This document shows positions 1 to 12,736 of a DNA stretch of 64,000 nucleotides, piece by piece. How positions within the stretch are numbered: the stretch's first letter is position 1; every line of letters starts with the position of its first letter. The position numbers and the translations under genes were made by a program. The DNA comes from Macrostomum lignano. Lineage: Eukaryota. Where the stretch lies: positions 372,001 to 436,000 of the forward strand of contig NIVC01000434.1 of assembly GCA_002269645.1 (NCBI GenBank), read 5' to 3'. The notes below the pieces were generated by a model that saw only the letters and a program-made list of their open reading frames with translations, was not told where the DNA came from and ran no database searches.

Positions 1-213
1 GAAGAGAGTCTCAGTCTGGACAATGGCAGTCAATTCGTGCGAACAGCGAAAACAATATATGGTATTTGAGTTTTTTATAGTATAAAGGATTTGGAGAGGA
101 ATTGTTGGATGATAGGATTCGGGTCATGGGATTCAGCTGATGGATTTCAGGAAATGGAATTCTGGCAATGGAAGTTCTATTCCCTTTCTTGTCCAACAAA
201 GGAGTTGGCCTTG
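1..213 (+). mobile_element. 3' end of a diverged Helitron-A-family element, truncated by the window start
   Basis: About 120-213 resembles the reverse complement of 5729-5830 (gggattc.gctgatgga.ttcagg.aatggaattc...ccctttctt...ggagttggcc) and ends GGCCTTG|T where those units end GGCCTCG|T. Confidence 0.55.
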
Positions 214-978
214 TATATTATATGTATTATCTTCTCTAGTCTTAGGCATTGCTGAGAAAAAAGATCATACTATTATTCTTACCTTTGTATAGATTCCTAT
301 GTATAGATTCTCTAGCTCTCATTCTTAGCAAATGTCTCCAAATATTCTTGGAAATCCCTATTAAATAAGTAGCTTATTTTAATCTCAAAGTTTTTATTCA
401 AAACCAAGTAAGTGTGGGACTTATGACTATTTGAGATTGAGTTTATTTGGAATGAAAATTGCTCCTATCTATAGGCCTAGTCATTCCCCCTTCATGCATT
501 TATAACAAAAGCCATTCCCCAATTTATTTGCACATTCAAACAAAAGAGCCTGTTTTTGCATTTACACAAATTGAATTTCTATAATTTGAGTGAAATAAAA
601 TAGCACTGCCTCATGGTCATTATTTAGCCCTAATATTTTAGTACATCCTTCCTTCCTCCTTCTAAATATACTAAATCTCTAAGGTTTGTATGTTTGAATG
701 CTTGTCCATAACGCTCTAGAGATCGCAATTCTTCACCGATTTTGATCGCGTTTTCGCCAAAAGATTCAAAATTGTCTGGAAAGAAGACGGTTAAAATTTC
801 TTTAATCTGCTTCAATGCTAAAGGGATTAAATATTCGAAAAACTGTTTTAAATGGCCTTTTTCAATGCAAATTTTATCAGCCAGAAACTTCACTGCCAAT
901 CTTAATTGATTGCGCCAGAGCCAACTGATAAGAAAACTCACTCCGCTCCACTTAAAGGGGGGCAATAAAAACATTATT

Positions 979-1010
979 CTGGCTGCTGGCAGCCAGCTCT
1001 AATTAGCTAG
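979..1010 (+). mobile_element. Helitron-type 3' terminus (hairpin plus CTAG); 5' end not located
   Basis: 8-bp stem ctggctgc-tg-gcagccag (979-996), then 10 nt, then CTAG (1007-1010) followed by T. Confidence 0.5.
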
Positions 1011-1012
1011 TT

Positions 1013-1440
1013 TATATACTAAAAATGAGTTGTCTGTGGGTATGCGATAGATTTCAGAAAAATTGGCTCAACCGATTTTCTTCAAACTTGCACCATTCGA
1101 TCAGAAATTTTCCTGGGACGGTACATGCATCTTGGCTAAGAAATTGCTCAATGTTAAAGGGATTAAATATTCGAAAAACATGCTTTTTTGCAAAGGTCAA
1201 GCAGCTCTTTCGACCTGAAATGCATTGTAAGAATGCCAGAGAAAAAACTGACTGACTGAATTCCGATTGTGATAAAGATTGCATCACAACAAGTTGAAAA
1301 CAGTGCTGAAGAAATGCACACAAGACTTGATTTAAATTGCGTAACCATATTGCTAACTTAAATTGAGACTGATACTGGCTGACTGAGAAATTGATTATGT
1401 CATAACTTTTTGCTCCAATTGACTTGCTGTAAGAATTGAA
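1013..1440 (+). repeat. Left arm of a ~430-bp inverted repeat (partner 5287-5728)
   Basis: tatatactaaaaatgagttgtctgtggg...cttgctgtaagaattgaa is the near-exact reverse complement of 5287-5728, with scattered substitutions. Confidence 0.9.
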
Positions 1441-2149
1441 CTAGCAATCTTCGCCCCCCGATGGGGGACATCTGGATAGAATCCTTGTTCTTCACAAATA
1501 ACAAATAGACAGCAAAATAAAGCCTTCATAAAAAACAACAGACATTCCCTCTAAAAACAAAACATCCCAAGACAGCAAGCATCATCAGACAGCATTCAAG
1601 CATCGATCCCCAAATAGCAAGCATCCCCCAGACTGCAAGCAACCCCAGATAGCAAGCATCCCCCAGACTGCAAGCAACCCCTGATAGCAAGCATCCCCCA
1701 GATAGCAAGCTCCCCCCAAATAGCAAGCATCCCCCAGACCGCAAGCAACCCCAGATAGCAAGCATTAACCTGGATACAAAGAGACCTTATAGATATCTAG
1801 CAACCCCCTCTTAGATAGCAAGTACCCTCCACCCACCAAGAGCAAGCATCCCCCAGACCGCAAGCAACCCCAAATAGCAAGCATTAACCTGGATACAAAG
1901 AGACCTTATAGATATCTAGCAACCCCTCTTAGATAGCAAGTACCCTCCACCCCCCAAGAGTAAGCATCTCCCAATAGCAAGCATCCCCTTGATAGCAAGT
2001 ATCCATCCTTAAATAGCAAGCATCCACCAGAGAAAGTAGCTAGTGCAGATATTTCCTTAGATTTATAGTGGCTCCATTTTGTTTGGCATGACACTTCTTT
2101 TATGTTTGAAACGGTGTCTCTTTTATGTTTAAAAAGGTGGCTCTTTAAT

Positions 2150-3490
2150 GTTGACATAGTGGCTCTTCTATGTTTACCATGGCGGCCCTTTTACATTTGA
2201 AATGTTGTCTCTGTTATGTTTGACATGGTGGCTCTTCTATGTTTGATATGGTGTCTCTTCTTTGTTTGACATGGTAGCTTAGTTGTTTGACATGGTGGCT
2301 CTTTTATGTTTGACATGCAGTCACATATATGTTTGACATGATGGCGCTTTAATGTTTGACATGGAGTCACGTATATGTTTGACATGGTGGCTCTTTTATG
2401 TTTGGCATGGTGGCTCTTTAATGTTCGATATGGTGGCTCTTTAATGTTTGACATTGAGTCACGTAAATGTTTGACATGATGGCCCTTTTATATTTTACAT
2501 AGTAGCTCTTTTATATTTTACATGGTGGCTCTTTATGTTTGACATGGTGTCTCTTCTATGTTTGACATGGTGTCTCTTCTATGTTTGACATGGTGGCTCT
2601 TTTATGTTTAACATGGTGGCTCTTTAATGTTCGATATGGTGGCTCTTTAATGTTTGACATTGAGTCACGTAAATGTTTGACATGATGGCCCTTTTATATT
2701 TTACATAGTAGCTCTTTTATATTTTACATGGTGGCTCTTTATGTTTGACATGGTGTCTCTTCTATGTTTGACATGGTGTCTCTTCTATGTTTGACATGGT
2801 GGCTCTTTTATGTTTAACATGGTGGCTCTTTAATGTTCGATATGGTGGCTCTTTAATGTTTGACATTGAGTCACGTAAATGTTTGACATGATGGCCCTTT
2901 TATATTTTACATAGTAGCTCTTTTATATTTTACATGGTGGCTCTTTATGTTTGACATGGTGTCTCTTCTATGTTTGACATGGTGGCTCTTCTATGTTTGA
3001 CATGCAGTCACATATATGTTTGACATGATGGCGCTTAAATGTTTGACATGGAGTCACGTATATGTTTAAAATGGTGGCTCTTTTATGTTTGACATGGTGG
3101 CTCTTTTATGTTTGGCATGGTGACTCTTTTATGTTTGAGATGGTAGCTCTTTAATGTTCGACATGGTGGCTCTTTAATGTTCGACATGGTGGCTCCTTAA
3201 GGTTTGACATTAAGTCACGTATATGTGGCTGTTTTATGTTTGACATGAAGGCTTTTGTATATTTTACATGGTAGCTCTTTTATGTCTGACATGGTAGCTC
3301 TTTTATGTTTGAAATAGTGGCTCTTTAATGTTTGAGATGGAGTCACGTGTTTGTTTGACATAGTGGCTCTTTTTATGTTCGACATGGTGGCTCTTTAATG
3401 TTTGACGTGGTGGCTCTTTAATGTTTGACGTGGTGGCTCTTTAATGTTTGTCATGGTGTCTCTTTTATGTTTGACATGGTGGCTGTTTAA
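2150..3490. repeat. 20-21-bp satellite (atgtttgacatggtggctctttt); further arrays at ~4320-5130 and, inverted, ~10040-11700
   Basis: Dozens of degenerate tandem copies, all inside element B. Confidence 0.95.
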
Positions 3491-3569
3491 TATTCGACAT
3501 ACAAAAAAACCTTCACAAAGAAAACCGACAAACTGCTCAAATGAAGTGCAATGCAAAAAGAAATCATCC

Positions 3570-4200
3570 CAAGACAGCAAGCATCACCCAGAGAGAAAGC
3601 ATCCCCCAGATAGCAAGCATCACCCAGATAGCAAGCACCCCCCAGATAGCAAGCATCCCCCAGATAACAAGCACCCCCCAGATAGCAAGCATCCCCCAGA
3701 TAGCAAGCATCCCCCAGATAACAAGCATCCCCAGATAGCAAGTACCCCCCAGATAGCAAGCATCCCCCAGATAGCAAGCATCCCCCAGATAGCAAGCATT
3801 CCCCAGATAGCAAGCATCCCCCAGATAGCAAGCATCCCCCAGATAGCAAGCACCCCCAGATAGCAAGCATCCTCCAGATAGCAAGCATCCCAGATAGCAA
3901 GCATCCCCCAGATAGCAAGCACCCCCAGATAGCAAGCATCCCAGATAGCAAGCATCCCCCAGATAGCAAGCACCCCTAGATAGCAAGCATCCCCCAGATA
4001 GCAAGCATCCCAGATAGCAAGCATCCCCCAGATACCAGGTAGCAAGCATCCCCCAGATAGCAAGCATCCCAGATAGCAAGCATCCCCAGATACCAGGTAG
4101 CAAGCATCCCCCAGATAGCAAGCATCCCAGATAGCAAGCATCCCCCAGATAGCAAGCACCCCCCCCCCAGATAGCAAGTATCCCCAAATAGCAAGCATCA
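3570..4200. repeat. 17-18-bp satellite (cagatagcaagcatcccc); also ~1590-2000, inverted at ~11800-12040, remnant at ~56045-56097
   Basis: Direct tandem copies that account for the repetitive spurious ORFs (LLSGGC, MLAIWG). Confidence 0.95.
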
Positions 4201-5286
4201 ACCGGACAATAAGTAGCTAGTGCGAAAATTTCCTTAGCTTTATAGTGGCTCCTTTAAAATTGGCATGACTTAAAATTGGCATTGGCTGGCAATACTTTTA
4301 CGTTTGAAATTGTGTAGATTTTATGCTTGACATGGTTGCTCTCTTATGTTTGACATGGTGGCTCTTTTATGTTAACATGGTGCCTCTTTTATGTTTGACA
4401 TGGTGGCTCATTTATGTTTGACATGGTGGCTCTTTAATGTTTGACATGGTGGCTCTTTAATGTTCGAAATGGTGGCTCTTTAATGTTCGAAATGGTGGTT
4501 CTTTAATGTTTGACATAAAAACACTTATATGTTTGACATAAAGTCACTGATACGAGTATGTTTGACATAAAGTCACTGATATGTTTGACATAAAGTCACT
4601 TTTACGTTTGACATAGTGGCTCTTTAATGTTTGATATGGTGGCTCTTTAATATTCTAAATATGGTGGCTCTTTAATGTTCGACATGGTGGCTCTTTTATG
4701 TTTGACATAGTGGCTCTTTAATGTTCGAAATAGTGGCTCTTTAGTGTTTGACACGGTGGCTTTTTAATGTTCGACATAGTGGCTCTTTAATATTCTACAT
4801 TGTGGCTGTTTTATGTTCGATATGGTGATTCTTTAATTTTCTTCATGGTGGCTCTTTAATATTCGAAATGGTGGCTCTTTTATGTTCGAAATGGTGGCTC
4901 TTTAATGTTCGACATAGTGGCTCTTTTATGTTTGGAATGGTGGCTCTTTTACGTTTGACATGGTGGCACTTTAATGTTCGACGTGGTGGCTCTTTAATGT
5001 TCGAAATGGTGACTCTTTTATGTTTTACATGGTGGCTCTTTAATGTTTGACATAGAGTCACGTATATGTTTTACATGGTGCCCATGTAATGTTTGACATG
5101 GTGCCTCTTTTATGTTTGACATTGTGATTTTTTATGTTTAGCAGTTTCGTGTTTTCAAGGTGTTTTAATAAAAAAATTATTTTTCACTACTAAGATTCGA
5201 ACCCAGGTCGCTACGTTGGCAGTCCAGTCTGTTCGTATATAGGCTATCTCTTTTCAATTGGAGAACATGAATTGTGGCCCTTATAA

Positions 5287-5728
5287 TTCAATTCTTACAG
5301 CAAGTCAATTGGGGTAAAAAGTTATGACATAATCAATTTCTCAGTCAGCCAGTATCAGTCTCAATTTGAGTTAGCAATATTGGTTACGCAATTTAAATCA
5401 AGTCGTGTGTGCATTTTTTCGGCACTGTTTTCAACTTGTTGTGATGCAATCTTTATGACAATCAGAATTCAGCCAGTCAGTTTATTTCTCTAGCATTCTT
5501 ACAATGAATTTTAGGTCGAAAGAGCTGCTTGACCTTTGCAAAAAAGCATGTTTTTCGAATATTTAATCCCTTTATCATTGAGCAATTTCTTAGCCAAGAT
5601 GCATGTACCGTCCCAGGAAAATTTCTGATCGAATGGTGCAAGTTTGAAGAAAATCGGTTGAGCCATTTTTTCTGAAATCTATCGCATACCTACCTACCTA
5701 CCCACAGACAACTCATTTTTAGTATATA
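5287..5728 (-). repeat. Right arm of the ~430-bp inverted repeat
   Basis: ttcaattcttacagcaagtc...cacagacaactcatttttagtatata; reverse complement of 1013-1440. Confidence 0.9.
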
Positions 5729-8700
5729 CGAGGCCAACTCCTCCTTCGGAGAAGAAAGGGGAAGAACTCCAATCAGCGGAATTCCATTCCCTGAACTCCA
5801 TCAGCGGAATCCCATTTTCCAACACCTCTCCGCGCAACAGAAATCGTCTCCGTGAAACTGAACACTATCGAAATCCTCTCCGTGAAACTGAACACCATCG
5901 AAATATTCTCCGCGAAATAGAAATCCTCTCCGTGAAACTGGACTAAATCGAAATTTCTACGTCAAACAGCCCAGCTCTCAGAATTCATTGGTTAAGGTTA
6001 GGGTTAGGGTTAGAGCTACACACAGCTGCGTGTTGACAGACGCCGTAAAAACATTGAACCAATTAAATTGCGCAACTTATTTCTCAGGCAGTCAGTATCA
6101 GCCTCAGTTAAAGTTAACAAAAAGATTGCGCAATCTAAATCAACCCTCAAATACACAGCAACCGACCCCCCTTCCAATACGCAGTGCATCTAGAAATTGA
6201 ACATCCCCCCCTCACCAACTATTGGGGGGTCGGTCGAACCCCCATTGAACTCCAAAATGAGAACAATCTTTGCAGAAAGCTAAAAGTATGAAAATCTTTT
6301 CTTGAATGCTGTGAATTTAATTTTCATATTTAAAGCAAAAAACTTATATCCCCGAACTCATCGCAGCAAGATCTTTCCAGCAATATAAGTCTCTCCTCTC
6401 TAAGTTCAAAACTCGAGCAACAGTTAGTGTTTGAAACTTTCTGATTTTAAGCATTGAAATATCGAGTGTACGTTCACTGGCTGCAACAGTGAATTGCAAT
6501 TGTCTATACAGTCAGCCCGTGCGCCAAGGTCCAAGTGCACACGAAATGATTGCGCAATCTAAATCAACCCTCCAATACACAGCGACTGACCCCCTTCCGC
6601 AGTGGCAATTAAAAGTTGAACCGCCCCCCCTCCCACCAACTGTTGGGGGGTTGGTCGAACTTCATTGAACCCCAAAATGAGTACAATCTTTCCAGAAAGT
6701 AAAAAGTATGGAAGTTGTTTTCGATCGCTGTGTTTTTTCTTTTCACATTTAAAACAAACAACTTATATCCCCGAACTCAGTGTTGCAAGATCTTTCCAGC
6801 AATATAAGTCTATTCTTTTAAAGTTTAGAACTCGAGCAACAGTTAGCGTTTGAAATGTCCCGATTTAAAGCATTGAAGTATCGAGTGTACGTTCACCTGC
6901 CTGCTAAAAAGGCTCGCATGTTGATGCATTGAATTTCAGTGTGCAAAAAATACACCGGGCTGCCTAATTGAAAATCAGAGCACGTATCGTTGCGCAATTG
7001 TCTATACAGTCAGCCCGTGCGCCAAGGTCCAAGTGCACACACGCCGCCACTGAGAACGCGAGCACCCCCACTGGAGAGAAAATACACTGCAGAGATAGGA
7101 GAAAGTTATGGCGCAATCGCTCAAAATTCATGCAAATTTTTAGCTCCAAGCAGAAAGAGGGGACAAATAAGATTATCAAAGGTCAAGATTGCAGTTTTTT
7201 GCTTTTTTCGGGATCTTAAAATGTAAAAATAAAAAATTGAAATAGCCCACTGCCATCCTCGGAAAATTTGCAGTTTTCCCAAATAAGTTTCGACGCTGAC
7301 TTGCAAGTCGTCTAGGAGGAGATATGTATCACACAGACAAACAACGCACCAGTTTTAGTATTAAGACGAGGCCAACTCCTCCTTCGGAGAAGAAAGGGGA
7401 AGAACTCCAATCAGCGGAATTCCATTCCCTGAACTCCATCAGCGGAATCCCATTTTCCAACACCTCTCCGCGCAACAGAAATCGTCTCCGTGAAACTGAA
7501 CACTATCGAAATCCTCTCCGTGAAACTGAACACCATCGTAATATTCTCCGCGAAATAGAAATCCTCTCCGTGAAACTGGACAAAATCGAAATTTCTCCGT
7601 CAAACAGCCCAGCTCTCAGAATTCATTGGTTAGGGTTAGGGTTAGGGTTAGAGCTACACACAGCTGCGTGTTGAAAGGCGCCGTAAAAACATTGAACCAA
7701 TTAAATTGCGCAACTTATTTCTCAGGCAGTCAGTATCAGCGTCGGTTAAAGTTAACAAAAAGATTGCGCAATCTAAATCAGCCCTCCAATACACAGCAAC
7801 CGACCCCCTTCCAATACGCAGTGCAGCTAGAAATTGAACCCCCCTACCAACTATTGGGGGGGGGGTCGGTCGAACCCCCATTGAACTCCAAAATGAGCAA
7901 AATCTTTGCAGAAAGCTAAAAGTATGAAAATCTTTTCTTGAATGCTGTGAATTTAATTTTCATAGTTAAAGCAAAAAACTTATATCCCCGAACTCATCGC
8001 AGCAAGATCTTTCCAGCAATATAAGTCTCTCCTCTCTAAGTTCAAAACTCGAGCAACAGTTAGTGTTTGAAACTTTCTGATTTTAAGCATTGAAATATCG
8101 AGTGTACGTTCACTGCCTGCTAAAGATGCTCGCAAGTTTATGCATTAAAATGCACTGAATTTCACTGTGCAAAAAATACACAGGGCTTCCTGTTAAAAAA
8201 CAGAACACAAATAGTTGCGCAATTGTCTATAAAGTCAGCCAGTGAGCCAGGGTCCAATTGTACACACGCCGCCAATGAGAACGCGCCCATTCCCCCACAG
8301 GAGAGAAAATGCACTGGCGACATAGGAAAAAGTTGTGGCGTAATCACTCAAAATTCATGCAAATTTTCAGCTCCGAGCAGAAAGAGGGTACAATTAAGAT
8401 TATCAAAGGTCAGAATTGCCGTTTTCTGCTTTTTTAGGGATCTTAAAATGTAAAAATAAAAGATTAAAATAGCCTAAAGCCATCCTCGGAAAATTTGCAG
8501 TTTTCCCACATAAGTTTCAACGCTGACTTGCAAGTATTCTAGGAGGAGTTATCCAACAAACACACACACACACAGACAAACAACGCACCAACTTTAGTAT
8601 TAAGACGAGGCCAACTCCTCCTTCGGAGAAGAAAGGGGAAGAACTCCAATCAGCGGAATTCCATTCCCTGAACTCCATCAGCGGAATCCCATTTTCCAAC

Positions 8701-9844
8701 ACCTCTCCGCGCAACAGAAATCGTCTCCGTGAAACTGAACACTATCGAAATCCTCTCCGTGAAACTGAACACCATCGTAATATTCTCCGCGAAATAGAAA
8801 TCCTCTCCGTGAAACTGGACAAAATCGAAATTTCTCCGTCAAACAGCCCAGCTCTCAGAATTCATTGGTTAGGGTTAGGGTTAGGGTTAGAGCTACACAC
8901 AGCTGCGTGTTGAAAGGCGCCGTAAAAACATTGAACCAATTAAATTGCGCAACTTATTTCTCAGGCAGTCAGTATCAGCGTCGGTTAAAGTTAACAAAAA
9001 GATTGCGCAATCTAAATCAGCCCTCCAATACACAGCAACCGACCCCCTTCCAATACGCAGTGCAGCTAGAAATTGAACCCCCCTACCAACTATTGGGGGG
9101 GGGGTCGGTCGAACCCCCATTGAACTCCAAAATGAGCAAAATCTTTGCAGAAAGCTAAAAGTATGAAAATCTTTTCTTGAATGCTGTGAATTTAATTTTC
9201 ATAGTTAAAGCAAAAAACTTATATCCCCGAACTCATCGCAGCAAGATCTTTCCAGCAATATAAGTCTCTCCTCTCTAAGTTCAAAACTCGAGCAACAGTT
9301 AGTGTTTGAAACTTTCTGATTTTAAGCATTGAAATATCGAGTGTACGTTCACTGCCTGCTAAAGATGCTCGCAAGTTTATGCATTAAAATGCACTGAATT
9401 TCACTGTGCAAAAAATACACAGGGCTTCCTGTTAAAAAACAGAACACAAATAGTTGCGCAATTGTCTATAAAGTCAGCCAGTGAGCCAGGGTCCAATTGT
9501 ACACACGCCGCCAATGAGAACGCGCCCATTCCCCCACAGGAGAGAAAATGCACTGGCGACATAGGAAAAAGTTGTGGCGTAATCACTCAAAATTCATGCA
9601 AATTTTCAGCTCCGAGCAGAAAGAGGGTACAATTAAGATTATCAAAGGTCAGAATTGCCGTTTTCTGCTTTTTTAGGGATCTTAAAATGTAAAAATAAAA
9701 GATTAAAATAGCCTAAAGCCATCCTCGGAAAATTTGCAGTTTTCCCACATAAGTTTCAACGCTGACTTGCAAGTATTCTAGGAGGAGTTATCCAACAAAC
9801 ACACACACACACAGACAAACAACGCACCAACTTTAGTATTAAGA
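5729..9844 (-). mobile_element. Head-to-tail concatemer of three non-autonomous Helitron-A units (5729-7366, 7367-8605, 8606-9844)
   Basis: Minus-strand units start TCTTAATACTAAA and end with hairpin cttctcc-gaa-ggaggag then ttggcCTCG. Junctions are CTCG|TC with no spacer; outer flanks are A|T. Two units are 1239 bp and apparently identical; the third is 1638 bp, diverged, with an internal duplication. Confidence 0.75.
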
Positions 9845-9877
9845 TTTAGTATTAAAGAAGAAAGAAAGAAGGAAGGA

Positions 9878-12176
9878 TTATAAGGGCCACAATTCATGTT
9901 CTCCAATTGAAAAGAGATAGCCCTGATGCGAACAGACTGGAATGCTAATGTAGCGACCTGGGTTCGAATCTTAGTAGTGCAAAAAGATTTTTTTTATTAA
10001 AACACCCTAAAAACACAACAAAACTGCTAAACATCAAAGAAGCGCAATGTCAAACATAGAAGAGCCAACATATCGAACATAAGAGTTACCATGTCAAACA
10101 TAAAAGAGCTACCATGTCGAACATTAAAGAGCCACCATGTCAAACATTTAAGAGCCACCATGTCAAACATAAAAGAGCCACCATTTCGAACATTAAAGAG
10201 CCACCATTTCGAACATTAAAGAGCCACCATTTCGAACATTAAAGAGCCACCATTTTGAACATTAAAGAGCCACTATGTCAAACAATTAAGAGCCACCATG
10301 TCAAACATAAAAGAGCCACTTTGTCGAACATTAAAGAGCCACCATGTCAAACATAAAAGAGCCAACATGTCAGACATTAAAAAGCCACCGTATCAAACAT
10401 AAAAGAGTTACCATGTAGAACAAAAAAGATCCACCATGTCGAACATAAAAGAGCCACCATGTCAAACATAAAGAGCCACCATGTCAAACATTTAGGAGCC
10501 ACCATGTCAAACATATATGTGACTTTATGTCAAATATTAAAGAGCCACCATGTGAAACATTAAAGAGCCACCATATCAAACATTTAAGAGCCACCATGTC
10601 AAACCTAAAAGAGCCACCATGTCGAACATAAAAGAGCCACCATTTCGAACATTGAAGAGCCACCATTTCGAACATTAAAGAGCCACCATGTCAAACAATT
10701 AAAAGCCAGCATGTCAAACATAAAAGAGCCACTTTGTCGAACACTAAAGAGCCACCATGTCAAACATAAAAGAGACAACATGTCAGACATTAAAAAGCCA
10801 CCGTATCAAACATAAAAGAGTTACCATGTAGAACATTAAAGAGCCACCATGTCGAAAATTAAAGAGCCACCATGTAGAATATTAAAGAGCCACCATGAAG
10901 AACATTAAAGAGCCACCATGTCAAACATTTAGAAGCCACCATGTCAAAGATTTAAGAGCCACCATGTCAAACATTTAAGAGCCACCATGTCAAAGATTTA
11001 AGAGCCACCATTTCAAACATTGAAGAGCCACCATTTCGAACATTGAAGAGCCACCATTTCGAACATTAAAGAGCCACCATGTCAAACATATATGTGACTT
11101 TATGTCAAACATTAAAGAGCCACCATGTCGAACATTAAAGAGCCACCATGTCGAACATTAAAGAGCCACCATGTCAAACATTAAAGATCCACCATGTAAA
11201 ACATTAAAGAGCCACCGTGTTTAACAGTAAAGAGCCACCATGTCGTACATTAAAGAGCCACCATATCGAACATTAAAGAGCCACCATGTCAAACATTAAA
11301 GAGCCGCCATGTCAAAACATAAAAGTGCCATCATGTGAAACCTAAAAGAGCCACCATGTCTAACATAAAAGAGCCACCATATCGAACATTAAAGAGCCAC
11401 CATGTCAAACATTATAGAGCCATTATGTCAAACCTAAAAGAGCCACCATGTCTAACAGTAAAGAGCCACCATGTCGAACATTAAAGGGCCACCATGTAGA
11501 ACATTAAAGAGCCACCATGTCGAACATTAAAGAACCACCATGTCAAACATTAAAGAACCACCATGTCGAACATTAAAGAGCCACCATGTCAAAAATAGAA
11601 GAGCCACCACGTCAAACATAGAAGAGCCACCATGTCTAACAGTAAAAAGCCAGCATTTCGAACATTAAAGAGCCACCATGTCAAACATAAGAGACGCAAT
11701 TTCAAACGTAAAAAGAAGCGTCATGCCAATCACAAAGGAGCCATTATAAAGCTAAGGAAATTGTTGCACTTGCTACTTATTGTCCAGTGGATGCTTGCTA
11801 TTTAGTATAGGATCAATACTTGCTATCAATTGGTTGCTTGCTATCTGGGGTGCTTGCTATCTGGGGGTGCTTGCTATCTGGGGTGCTCGCTATCTGGGGG
11901 TGCTTGCTATCTGGGGGTGCTTGCTATCTGGGGGTGCTTGCTATCTGGGGTGCTTGCTATCTGGGGGTGCTTGCTATCTGGGGGTGCTTGCTATCTGGTG
12001 GTGCTTGCTATCTGGGGGGATGCTTGCTGTCTTAGGATGTTTTCTTTTTGCATTGCACTTCATCTGAGCAGTTTTTCTATTGACTATGTGAAGGCTTTGT
12101 TTGGCCATCTTATTGATACTTGTAGAGAACAGAGATTCTATCTAGATGTCCCCCATCGGGGGGCGAAGATTGCTAG
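9878..12176 (+). mobile_element. Non-autonomous Helitron-like element B, copy 2
   Basis: a|TTATAAGGGCCAC...cccccatcggggggcgaagattgCTAG|t; 2299 bp; contains the 20-21-bp and 17-18-bp satellites. Confidence 0.75.
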
Positions 12177-12736
12177 TAAGCTGCTGTAAGCAGAAGTATA
12201 TATTCTAGATAGTATTTTTATCCTAGCTATAAGCTAGGGTATAGCCTATAGTCTATAGGCTATAGGCTGTATAGCCTATTAACTTACCACAATTGGCTGC
12301 ATATCTGACTAACCTTGTAAAACCATCAACCTGTCATGATTAACTTTATATATATATATTCTATATTCATTTAATACAATTTCAGATCCACAGGTCCTCA
12401 GATTGGCAGCCAGCTGCATCTGAGGTTATTTTTTGAATTCAGAACACTTCGATTTTGTGATACGAATTTTAATGTAAGTGTTTCTCAGTATTTAGCTTTC
12501 ATATATGCTTTTAATGTGCAGTAGTCTTGGCAAGTCAAAAAAGAAAATCTATGATTTTTGCTATGACCTCACAAACTTACCGAGCAAAGCAGCTGATTGT
12601 AGTTTAGGCATTACAGAGCACTGGGTTTGAAAGGGTCCAAGTCGCAAGTTCTATTAGGTGGAAAAAGGGTAGATTAATAATGCTTTCAGCTTGATAAAAA
12701 GTAAAAACCTTGCTTTTATTATACACCTGAACCAGT

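Larger units (their letters stand above)
1441..5286 (-). mobile_element. Non-autonomous Helitron-like element B, copy 1, carrying two satellite types
   Basis: Minus strand starts TTATAAGGGCCAC and ends with hairpin cccccatcgggggg, 9 nt, CTAG. Flanked by A and T (A|T target). Same termini as the copy at 9878-12176 but different flanks. No coding capacity. Confidence 0.75.

Noticed and set aside
1526-5061. Many long ORFs in the first 12 kb (LLSGGC, SHHVKHK, PQIAS repeats)
   Set aside because: Translations of satellites, open in several frames and on both strands.
7628-7651. True telomere or chromosome end
   Set aside because: Only four hexamers, internal and embedded in a repeated unit.
10040-11700. 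CRISPR-like appearance of the regular repeats here and at 46640-47260
   Set aside because: Contiguous tandem units with no unique spacers, a eukaryotic context and no cas genes.
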